From the human T2T-CHM13v2.0 reference genome, Homo sapiens, in NCBI RefSeq assembly GCF_009914755.1, contig NC_060937.1: a stretch of DNA of 64,000 bases; one strand, 5' to 3'. Each line of letters begins with the position of its first letter. Position 1 is the stretch's first letter. This document shows, piece by piece, positions 46,474 to 58,170 of the stretch. A program made the position numbers and the translations under genes. A model generated the notes under the pieces. It saw nothing but the letters and a program-made list of their open reading frames with translations, did no database searches and was not told where the DNA came from.

Positions 46474-47988
46474 GGACCTAATGGAGACTTCTTTTAATTC
46501 AAGAATATCAACTCGTGAACAGTTGTTTTGGGGGCTCCTGGATATCAGCTAATATGCTTTGATTTCTGATTATCAAAACATTGTTTGCTTTCTGCAATTC
46601 GATCTTTTTAAATGCTGTTGCAGAGAAGTTCCAAAGCAGCAACCCTTGGATACACGGAGAATTTAAGCTACCATTAAGAGTTTAAATGTATGCTCTCAGT
46701 GAAGGAAGATGGGATCACTGGTTTTGACATTTAGCTATGGCCTGCTGAGCTCTGAGAACAGTATATGACATAAACAGGATTCCAGTCTTTAGTAACTTCC
46801 ATACTAAAAATGAGTCACTGTTTTGCAGCAATTACATTTCTTTTCGTTGTTAGCATCAGCGATGGAACTTTGATAGTTCAGGCTGTATGCAACATGCGTG
46901 ATTAAAGAAAACAGTACCTCTGACAAGATGGGGCATCATCTGAATACACCAGGCAAGATATTAGTAGATGTAAAAATCTGGGAATATGTGAGTGAGATGT
47001 GCATGTTAACAGTGAAATCACTCAGGTCATTTATTTGTGTTTCTCCTCTCACTGTGCTGAAAGCCACACTTGTAATCAGAACCTCTTCTAATTTTTTTTC
47101 TGTTTTTTCATCTTGCTTTCCTGTCATTCTTCTAACACTGGAAGTAGCAGAATTGGCAGTGTGCCTCACCCCTGCAGTGAGTGAAAACATGGAGGAGTGA
47201 TGCCAGTTCCATTCCGTAAATCGGCCCGGGTGTGCACGTCAGCAGGGACGGTGTTCCTTGGACTTCGGCATGGAAAGGCAGGAACATAAATGGGAGGCAT
47301 ATGCATAAAACACAATGGGGAAAGCAGAAATGAAGAGCAACTGCAGAAACAAAATAAGTCTCAGCTTGTTTCGGGAACACACAGCACACAGTTCTGCCTG
47401 TGAAAGAATAAAATTTTTAGTCACAGAAAGATGAGTTGGGGACTGAGATATTTCTTGAGCACTGATTAAGTGAATGCAGTATGCTCCAAAGGTATTAGAG
47501 AGTGAAAACCCTAGAAAAACTTTAAAGTGGAAGAGAATTTAGAAGTCCATTAGTCTATTATTTCAATTCTAAGATAAAAGAATTAAGACCTAGAGGTATA
47601 ATGGACTCAGATGTAGGCATTGAGCACAGTGAAGAAATTGGTACTGAAACTCTGACCTTGTAGAGGTTTGGTAATAAGTCTTGATGTTTCCAATGTTCAT
47701 CAATATTCTTGTTGGCCACCTGTTACCCCAAATATACATGTAAATGTGGAAGTGGATCTTATGGATTGAACGTTTGTGTTCACCACTCACCTTAGATTCA
47801 TACGTTGATGTATGACTGAGAGTAAGGTGATGCAAGAAATGCTGCATCAAGAACAGGCAGAATGGGAACGACATTGTCCTTGGTTAGACATGGAAGTGAG
47901 TGGCTTGAAGTACTCACTAGGCCTTGGGATATGTGAGTCTGAAACTCAGTGAAGGGTCAGAGATTAAGATTAAACCTTGTCACATTGA

Positions 47989-48293
47989 TTCCCAATGTGA
48001 CAACATTTGGAGGTGGGGCCTTTGGGAAGTGATTAGGTCATGAGGATGAAGTTCTCATGAATGGGATTGGTGCTGTTATTAAGCAGACTCCAGAGAGCTC
48101 TCTAACTCTCCTTCTGTCCTGTGAGGATATGAGGAGGCAGCCATCTGCAGCCTGGAAGAGGGCCCTCACCAGAACCTAGCCATGCTGGCTCCCTGAGCTG
48201 GGACTTCCACCTGCAAGAATTGTGAGAAACAGATGTCTGTTGTTTTTAAGCCACCCCATCTATGATCTTTTGTCATAGCAGCCGAACTGAGCA
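47989..48293 (+). mobile_element. MLT1A-like LTR fragment
   Basis: ggaggtggggcctttgggaagtgattaggtcatgag..ccctcaccagaacc..ttaagccacc..atagcagcc. Confidence 0.85.
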
Positions 48294-48859
48294 ATGGATC
48301 CTACTTGTGACAAGTGAGAAGGGAGCATGTCCCTGGCTTCTGCATTTGCACCTCAGTGCTTGCCCCATCTGTCATTGCTGATATGCACAGCAAGGAGATG
48401 TGGAGAAGTCAGTCAGTAAAAGCTCACATCAGAATGGCTTGTTTTGTGTCACCAGTACTAAATAAGGACCTGTAAGTTTAGAGGTTTGTGTTCCTTTGAA
48501 ACTCAACCTTTGTCCAACAAATAAAGCCTCACTCTTCACATCCTAAGGCGACAGAGTCAGAGAAGACTTAGTCTCCTCCATTCATTCATTTATATATTTA
48601 GCAAACACTCAGTATGAGTGTCTTTGCTACTAGAAAGGTATTTGAAGACTTGCTTATTACCAAAAAGATTAGCTATTACTCTACATTGGCTTCACTCTAC
48701 CGCGATGTGGCATTAACACTCTTTCCTGCCTTTTCTGTGAAAAATCTTTCCTACTGAGCCTCCGGGAACTCTCATTCTGTCTCACATGTATGTCTCTGAA
48801 ATATATTCTCATCATTTGCAGAGGTGCCTGCTTCCCACCACCCACTAAAGTGGTGTCTC

Positions 48860-49830
48860 TTCCCAGCGATTCTCGACTACTGCTTCTCTCTTTCAATGAG
48901 TTATTCATGGAAAATTTCATCTACTCCCAAGGATTGTTTCTACTCCTACAAGTTTGAGTCTTGTTGGACTTGTTGAGTCAAGTTGAATCTTAATCTCTGA
49001 CTCTTCACTGAGTTTCAGACTCACATATCCCAAGGCCCAGTGAGTACTTCAAGCCACTCACTTCCCATGTCTAACCAAGGACAATGTCATTCCCATTCTG
49101 CGTGTTCTTGATGTGGCATTTCTTGCATCACCTTACTCTCAGTCCTAATTAACACTGCCCTAATAGAAGCTCCCGTGGTCTTTCATCAAGATTATTAAAA
49201 TTGCTTCTCAGTTGGGTTCCCTATTTTCAGTCTTGCACAAATAAATGTTACTCCCTTTTATATGTTCCCAGTTTAAACTATTAAAAACACAGATATGAGT
49301 CTGTTTCCCTTAGGATTTCAATGCCCATCTTTTTCATAAGATGTAAGTTTTTTTTTTTCCCTTAAGTGCTTATTTGCCTGGACACTGCCTACCTCTCAAG
49401 TCCCAATGTCCTGCTGGTCCCAGCCTAGCCCTTGAAATTTGCAGGGTAAACTGCTTGTAAGTTCCTGCTCATTTCTGCTATTCCATGCCCTTCTGCCTTA
49501 GCTTATGCTGCTCCTCCTGCCTGGAACCCACCCCCCTCTTCACTAACTCTTGACTTGATACCGATTTCTTTTTCAGCACTAATTCTGACAGTCTTCTCCC
49601 AATAGTCTTCCTGACTGCACCACCAGGGTTACATACCCATCTTGCTGTGTTCCCTTTAGCACCTTGGGCATAGCTCTATATAACCTCCAATCACATTGTA
49701 TACAAATATTATGCTTATGCATCTGTGTTCTGACTAGAGTCTATGTCAAGAGAAAGAAGTATACAACCTCATCTTCTCCATGAATGAGTTGCAGTGCTCC
49801 ACACATAATAGGTAGACAACAAATGTTTCT
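48860..49830 (+). mobile_element. L2 fragment
   Basis: tgagtttcagactcacatatcc..ctcctgcctggaac..cacataataggtagacaacaaatgttt. Confidence 0.65.
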
Positions 49831-52535
49831 TGACCTGAACTGCTAGACCCCTTGCTACATGCCAGAAATTGAGTGATAAACACTATATTGGCCCTGCCTC
49901 TGGGAGCCCACACTGGATGTGGGAGATGTATGTACTGGTAACTTTTAACCCTACATGAATATGATATATAATACTACACGCAGGGTATAGAAACCACCAA
50001 CTCAGCCTATGGGAATAAAGCAGAGGAAAGGATCAGAAAATTCTACTCCTCAAATAATGTAAACCTTCAGCTCTTTTCTTCACTTACCCTCTTCTGTACT
50101 TGACTTCATCAATTAAAGAAACACAATCCCTTAAAAACCTGACTGTAGAGGCACAGACTACTTCATCGACAATTCGATGAAACCCAGAGTCTTCCCTGGG
50201 AGCCATTTCTTTCATCTGGCTTCTGCAAGTGTTTAAGCCAAGAAGTGAGGGTACATTTGCGTTTGCCAGGGACTTGCAAAATGTGCTTCTGACTGGCAAA
50301 ACACAAAAAGCTTTAAAAAGTGAGAAAATCGTACAGCAAGCACTGCCATCTGATAATAGCAAACAGGCTCACATTTGTACAGAAATTGGTAGAAAGGCAG
50401 TTACTAAATAGTAAGTATGTGGCTGATAAGAGAACTAAATAGTGCTATTGCCAAACATCATTTTTATATCTGCACTTCATACCTACTGACTTTGGATGAA
50501 GTTGCCCACACAGGGCTGAGAGGAGAATTTGGCTCCAAGTGTGCAGTTTGGCCATGGCTGTAGCTCTGACTATAGAGAAAAGAGCAGCATGCCATTGGAG
50601 GTAGGGTCTGGGCAAATCAACTGATTTCTCATCCTATCTCACAGGCTCCCTTGGGTCCAGAGCACAATATGAGTCATTTTATTTACTCTTGGTACTTTGT
50701 GGTGCCAGAATTAACAGCAGCCCAGCTCTGAAAGGAAGCTTGACATATTTTTCCAGGAGTCCCTATTGCTAGAAACTCAGAATATGGAATTGACATAAAT
50801 CTAATGAAGTAAAAGCTCTCTCTTCCCCTCCCTAGAATCACAGAAAGCAGTGGCATTTGGAAAATTGTGTTTTAAACGAGTTGACGAGGGCAGGAGTTCA
50901 GTAGAAGCCAGTTATGAATTTATATATATTTGGAGATTTCTGCTCTATTCCTTTCCATTCTGCTGTTTGAAGATAAATCATATTCGGCTTTAGGGAGTTT
51001 AATTTAAATATCATGCATGTACACCTGAGGATTCCTTTTAAAAACAGAAAAAGAAGTTTTAGAACCACATAGGTTATGAACAAAAATAAAATTTAAATTT
51101 AAAAAAAAAGAATACAAGTGTTTTCTTTAATTTCATCCTAGAAATTATTAATAGAAGAAGAAAAAACTTAGGGAAGTTATTATATATTATTTATGCACTT
51201 AAAATTTGCTGGTGCTTGATGAATTCAAAGGTTATTATATAACTCTGTGTTAATTTGAACTTTGTTAGTTGGAGAGAGGCCCAGCTGAGACTACCTTTAT
51301 GCAAGATAGGAAAAATATTTACCTTACCAGATTGGTATGATAAACAATATTGGGAGCAGGAGTGGAAAAGTGTCTATGTAAGGAGCATTTGTTAAGCACC
51401 TGATATTTTGTGCTGTACACTGTGTGGGTACAGAAAGATTTCATGCTATCAGGATGTTAGAGTTGAGAAAAATACAGCACACATATGTGGTTTAGACATT
51501 AATTTTGAGGTCTTGACAAAGTTACTTAATCTCTCTTATGTTTAGCTTTTCATCTGGAAAATGGGGATACCTCAAAAGCTTGTTCTGCTGATGAATTGAG
51601 ATACCATCATGCCTGAGACATAACAAATAGTTCATTCTACTAGCTTGTATTAGTATTAAGGCAAGAGATGAACAAGGCAGGTGATAGATGATAATTAAGA
51701 GCAAGGCCTTAGAAGTTACATGGTAATTGGCTCAACAAATATTTACTGAATACTCTCCAGGTACCAGGAATTTATTAGATGCTGTATATTCAGTGGTGAA
51801 CAAAAATGGAGGAAAGAGAGTAAACAAATAAAAAAAACAATAATACATACTTTCTTCCTCTCTAAATGGTAATGACTTCTTGCATAGTCATTCTTTTTAT
51901 TTAAAGCCCAGGTTAAAATTTTGTCTTTGTTTTGCTTCTTCATGGTGTTTCCGTGGTGCCTGAGAAGGGTTCCTTGTAATGAGTTGATTCAGAGACACTC
52001 CTCTGGTTTAGAAGCCACTTAGGGTTGTTGAGGGACATGGTCAGCTATAGCATTCTTATATCTTGGGTGATAGCTCTTTTCATTTCTGGAGAAAACACCT
52101 AGGCATTGTGAAGAAACACTTGTAGCTTGTTCATTCCCTCATGTGACCAACCACCTTGGTTTTACCTGGACAGAGAGGATTCCTACTACTTGGAACTTTT
52201 AGTGTCAATCCTGGGAAAGTCTCAGGCAAAGCATGATGAGTTGCTCACACTACTTATCTTACCTACTTACCTATCATCAGTACCAGAAATATATAATTCC
52301 ACACTGTAAAAAGTCCTGTGAAGTAAGAGAATAGGATGCTGTGAGATAGAATTACAGTGAGGGCCTTTTACATATTGGGTGGAAAATATCTCAAATGAGG
52401 TAATATTTAAATTGAGAACTCAAACATTAAAAGGAATTTAAGTTTTGCCTACACATTTGTTTCTTATTAATTGGTTAATCTTAGGCAAGTTACATACCCT
52501 CTCTACTGCAGTTTCTTCATCTGTAGTAAGTGGAT

Positions 52536-52903
52536 TGATATGGCATGGCTGTGTTTCCACCCAGATCTCATCTTGAAATATAGTTCCCATAATCCCATGG
52601 GAGGGACTAGGTGGAGGTAATTGAATCATGGGGGCAGTTACCCCTATGCTGCTGTTCTTGTGACAGCGAGTTCTCATGAGATCTGATGGTTTTATAAGGG
52701 GCTTTTTTCCCCTTTTGCTTGGCACTTCTCCTTCCTGCCATCATGTGAAGAAGGACATGTTTGCTTCCCCTTCCACCATGATTGTTAAGTTTCCTGAGAC
52801 CTCCCCAGCCCAGCGGAACTATGAGTCAATTAAACCTCTTTTTTAAAATAAATTACCCAGTCTTGGGTATGTCCTTATAGCAGGGTGAGAATAGATTAAT
52901 AGA
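52536..52903 (+). mobile_element. THE1C/D-like solo LTR inserted in a MIR
   Basis: tgatatgg...gattaataga termini; perfect TSD tggat; MIR core (ggcaagttac..cagtttcttcatctgta) on the left. Confidence 0.93.
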
Positions 52904-53029
52904 TGGATAATCATCCTATGTAATCACACTATACTATAGAGTACTGTGGAGAATTAAAAAAAAAATAAGATACACTAAAAACTTAAAAGATTTCCCATCC
53001 ATTGAGTTTTAATTCATTCAGTTTTAGCA

Positions 53030-56000
53030 ATATGCATTTAAAATCATTGAGACTTGTTTTATGGCCTAACATATGGTCTATATGGAGAGTGTGCCACGTG
53101 CACTTGAGAAGAACATGTAGTCTTCTGTTGAGGGGAGACTTCAACAGATTTCTGTTAGGTCCAGTTGGTTTGTAGAGTTATTCAAGATTTCTGTTTTATC
53201 TATTATTGAAAGTGGGTCATTGAAGTTCTCAACTATTATTGTTAGAATTTCTGCTTCTCCCTTAAATTCTGAGTTTTTGTTATATGTATTTTGAGACTCT
53301 TGTTAGGTCCACATATGTTTAAAATTGCTATAATTTCTAATAAATTGGACACTTTTATCAGTATAAAATGTCCTTACTTGTTTCTAGTAATGAGTTTTCT
53401 TTTATAGTCCATTTTGTCTGCTGTTAGTATAACCACTCAGGTTCTATTTTTGTTACTGTTTGCATGATACATCTCATTGTGTCTTTTACTTCCAACCTAT
53501 TTGTGTCTTTGAAAGTGTGTCTCTTTTAAAAGCATGTAATGGGATTATATTTTTAAATCCATTCTGCTAATATCTGCCTCTTAATAATACATCCATTAAA
53601 CTTTTAAATCTAAACTCAAAAGAGATTTAAAAAAAAATTTTCAACTTTTATTTTAGATTCAAGGGATACGTGTGCAGGTTTGTTATTTGGATATATTGTG
53701 TGGTGCTGAGGTTTGGGGTATGATTGATCCTGTCACCCAGATACTGAATATAGTGCCCAATAGTTACTTTATCAACCCTTCCTCCCCTTCTACCCTCCCC
53801 CAAAAATAGTCCTCAGTTTCTATTGTAGCCATCTTTATGTCCTCAAATACCCATTGTTTCACTCTCTATTATAAATGAGAACATGTGGTATTTGGTATTT
53901 GGTTTCCTGTTCCTGTGTGAATTTGCATAGGATAACGGTCACCAGCTACATTCATGTTGCTGCAAAGGACATGATTTCATTTGTTTCTTATGGCTGTGTA
54001 GTTTTAGTATTCCATGACGTAAATGTACCACATTGGCTTTATCCAGCCCACTGTTGATTGCATCTAGGTTGATTCCATGTCTTTGCTATTTTGAATAGTG
54101 CTGCAGTGAGCATATACATGCATGTGTCCTTTTGGTAGAATGATTTATTTTGGTGGGTGGGGGGGTATATACTCAGTAATGGGATTGCTGGGTCCAATGG
54201 TAGTTGTGTTTTAAGTTCTTTGAGAAATGTCCAAACTGCTTTCCACATTGGCTGAACTAATTTACATTCCCATCAACAGCATATTAGTGTTCCCTTTTCT
54301 CTGTAGCCTCACCAGCATGTTATTTTTTGATTTTTTAATGATAGCCATTCTGATTGGTGTGAGATAGTATCTTCTTGTGGTTTTGGTTTGCATTTCTCTG
54401 ATGATTAGTGATGATGAGCATTTTTTCCTGTTTGTTGGCTGCTTATATGTCTTCTTTTGAGAAGTGTTTGCTCATGTCTTTTGTCCATTTTTAATAGAAT
54501 TATTTGGTTTTTGCTTGTTCAATTATTTAATTTCCTTATAGATTCTGGATATTAGACCTCTGTCAGATGCAGAGCTTGTGAATATTTTTTTCCCATTCTA
54601 TAGGGTTTCTGTTTATTATAGTTTATTTTGCTGTGCAGCTCTTTGGTTTAATTAGGTCCCACTGTCAATTTTTGGTTTTGTCGCAATTGCTTTTGAGGAC
54701 TTAGTCATAAATTCTTTCCCAAGGCCCATGGCCAGAATGGTGTTTCCTAGTTTTTCTTCTAGGATTCTTATAGTTCGAGGTCTTACATGAAAATTTTTCA
54801 TTCATTTTGAGTAACCTTCTGTATATGATTATAGGTAGGGGTCCAGTTTTATTCTTCCGCATATAGCTAGCCAGTTATCCCAGCACCATTTATTGAATAG
54901 AGAGTCTTTGTTGCTTTTTTATTGACTTTGTTGAAGATTTAGATGGGCGTAGGTGTGTAACTTTATTTCTAGATTGTCTGTTCTGTTCTAGTAGTCTGTA
55001 TGTCTGTTTTTATACTGGTACCATGATGTTTTGGTTACTGCAGACTTACAGTATAGTCTGAAGTCAGGTGATATGATGCCTCTGGCTTTGTTTGTTTTGC
55101 TTCAGATTGCTTTGGCTGTTCAGGCTCCTTTTTGGTTCTATATGAATTTTAGAATAGTTTTTTTTCCTAGTTATGTGTGAAATAATGTGGGTAGCTTGAT
55201 AAGATAGCATTGATTCTGTACACTGCTTTGGGCAGTATGACAAATGGATTTCCTTTTGTTTGTACCATTTATGATTTTATTTCATCAGCGTTTTAAATTT
55301 CTTCTTGCAGATATCTTTCACCTCTTTGGTTAGATGTATTCCTAGGTACTTTTTGTTGTTGTTGCTTTTGTAATTGGGATTGTGTTCTTGGTTTGGCTCT
55401 CAGTTTGAACTGTATTGCTGTATAGAAATGCTACTGATCTTTGGACATTGATTTTTTAAATACTGATTTTTTATACTGGAGTTATTTATCAGAGCCAGGA
55501 GCCTTCTGGCTTTCAGGGTTTTATAGATATAGAATCATATCATCCATGAAGAAATCTCTGCCTCTTAATTGAAACATTCACTCCATTTATATTTAAGGCA
55601 ATTACTGATAAGGTGGGATTTACATCTGCCATTTTGCTATTTTTTTCTATATGTCTTATGTCACTAATGCCATGTCCATTACAGCCTTCTCTAGTGATAA
55701 ATAGATATTTTCTGGTGTACCATTTTAGTTCCCTTGACATTTTTAAATTATATTTTTTGAGTTACTTTCTTAGTGGTTGCCCTGAGGATTATAATTAACA
55801 TCTGAATTTATAACAAGGTAGTTTGGATTTATATCAACATAGTTTCACTAGTATGCAAATATTTGTTCCTATATAGCTTATTTCTTTCTCCTTCCTTTGT
55901 ACTGTTATTGTAAAAGAAATTATATATTTACCCATTTTGTGTCCATCAACACAAACTTATAGGTATTTCATTATGAAATTGCCTTTTCTGATAGGAGACA

Positions 56001-58170
56001 AAGGGATTAGCAACAAACAAAAAACATTTATAATATCTTTTTTTAAATGTACCTATGTGGTTAGATTTACCAGTTCTCTTTATGTGGATTTGAATTACTG
56101 TTTACTGTTCTTTTACTTCAACCCAAAGGACTCCCTTTAGTATTTCTTATAGATCATGAAAGAAAACAAATTTTCTCAGTTTTGAAGGGGGGAGGGATGT
56201 CTTAATTTCTACTTCATTTTTGAAGAATTTTGCTGGATATAAAGTTTTTGGTTGCTAGTTTTCTTTTTATTAACACTTTAAATATATAATCCTACTGTCT
56301 TCAGGCCTTCATAATTTATTATGAGAAATCATCTGTTAATCTTATTAATGACCCTTGTATATAATGAATCACTTCTTTCTTGCCTCTTTCACTATTCTCT
56401 GTTCATCACTATCCTTGACTTTTAGCCATTTGATTATAATGTGGCTAGGTATGCATCATTTTGAATTTATCATACATGGAGATTTTGAGCTTATTGGTTG
56501 TGTAGATTTATATTTCCCATCAAATTTGGAAGTTTCTGCCATTACTTCTTTGAATATTCTTTCTGCTCCTTTTTGCTGCCCTTTCCTCCTTTATTTTGGG
56601 ACTCCCAGTATGTACACATTGGTTCACTTGATGGTGTCCACAGGTCTCTGAGGCTCTGCTAGTTTCCTTTTATTCTTTCTGTTTCCTACCTAGATAATTT
56701 CAATTGACTTATCTTCAAACTGACTAATTTTGATTCTGCCTGCTCAAATTTGCTGTTGTGCCTTGAGCCATGTAGTGATGTTTCTACTTCAATTATTCTT
56801 TTTGCCATCAGATATTCTATTTTATTCTTTTTAAAAACAATTCCTATCTTTTTATTGATATTCTCTATTTGGTGAGGCATCAGTTTCACATTCTCCTTTA
56901 GTTCTATAACATGGTTTTCTTAAATTCTTTAAATATATTTAAAATAACTGATTTAAAGTCTTTGTAGTAAGTCCAACATCTGGCCTTCCTCAGGGACAGT
57001 TTCTATTGATTGCTTTTTTCCCCTGTGTTTAGGCTCTCCTTTCTTGTTTCTTTGCATGTTTTGTAATTTGGGGTTGAAAACCACACATTTTAGCTAATAT
57101 AATGTGGCAACACTGGAAATCAGATTCTACTCACTCCCCAAGATTTGTTGCTATTTATTATTTGTTTGCTTAGTGACTTTTCTGAGTAAATTCTATAAAG
57201 TCTGTGTTCTTTTTGTGTGTGGCTACTAAAGTTCCTGCTAGGTGACCTTAGTGGTCAGCTAATGATTGGAAAGAGACTTTTTTATATGCCTGAAACTGAT
57301 GAATCTTCCAATTTTTGCTGAGCTTGGTGTGTGTACAGGGGAACACTTTTAATACTCAGCTAGGCTGCTCATTCTTAGTCTTCATTTTTTTACTCATACA
57401 GAACCCCAAGTCCAGCCAGAGGTTAGACTTTGTTAGATATTCCTTAGCATACACACAGCCTTAGCTATATGCACACCCCTACACATGCACAAGGGCTTCC
57501 AGATTCTCAGGAATTTGTTGGGTTTCTCAAAGACTCCTGTGGACATCTCATTACCTATGTTTTCCTTTTAAGCTTTTTGTTTAGTGTTTTGTGTCAACTG
57601 TTATCCACTGCTTCAGGTAGTAGTTAAAATTTAAACAATTGCCTCTGATTTGTGTGTGTGTGTGCACAAAAAGGCTTTTTAAAGCCTTTTTGTGAAAGCT
57701 CATTGGGTGAGCTTTTTGTAAAGTTGACTGGGTGAGCTTCATGTCACTTCAAGTACCAACAGCCCTGTGAGTGGAGTCTTCCAGGGAAACATTAGACAGA
57801 CCAAATAATGAATAATTATATGGAAATAGAGCTTTGAAGGGGTTCTTACCCTATTTTACCCCCTCCAAATGGCTTCCCAGGCTGCTGGTGTTAATTATGA
57901 TTGTGGCCTGTTGGTTTTTAAGGTTACCTCAGAAATGAGGGAGGAGGTGGATGGGCATAGGGCAAGTTAAAATAACATACAATGTGCTTTTCTTAATAAA
58001 ATTTAGCTTCTTTTTAGGAAAAATGAATGTTCTCTGAATTGCTGCAAGCCTTTGGGTTAATGGCTAGAGTTATAAAAAAGTTGATTCTGACATTTTTTGC
58101 CATTATTTTCATTGCTTTTATGAAAGATAATCTTTTTGGATGTCCTTACCAGCATTTTCCACTGATGCCA
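53030..58170 (-). mobile_element. Old L1M 5' half (endonuclease region, spacer, ORF1, 5' region)
   Basis: Reverse endonuclease and ORF1 motifs (MADVNPTLSVIALNING.N.SIKRQR); interrupted by an L1PA. Confidence 0.75.
53637..55552 (-). mobile_element. 5'-truncated L1PA15/16-like, about 1.9 kb
   Basis: tttcaacttttattttagattc 3' end; peptide WKAVWTFLKELKTQLPLDPAIPLL; 17-bp TSD with one mismatch at 53569-53585 and 55553-55569. Confidence 0.9.

Noticed and set aside
46854-46987. Plus-strand exon-like segment (ttgttag..gtgagt)
   Set aside because: Stops in all three frames and no independent support
49780-49900. Tail-to-tail L2 junction as an L2-derived miRNA hairpin
   Set aside because: Arms are too degenerate to form a long stem by eye
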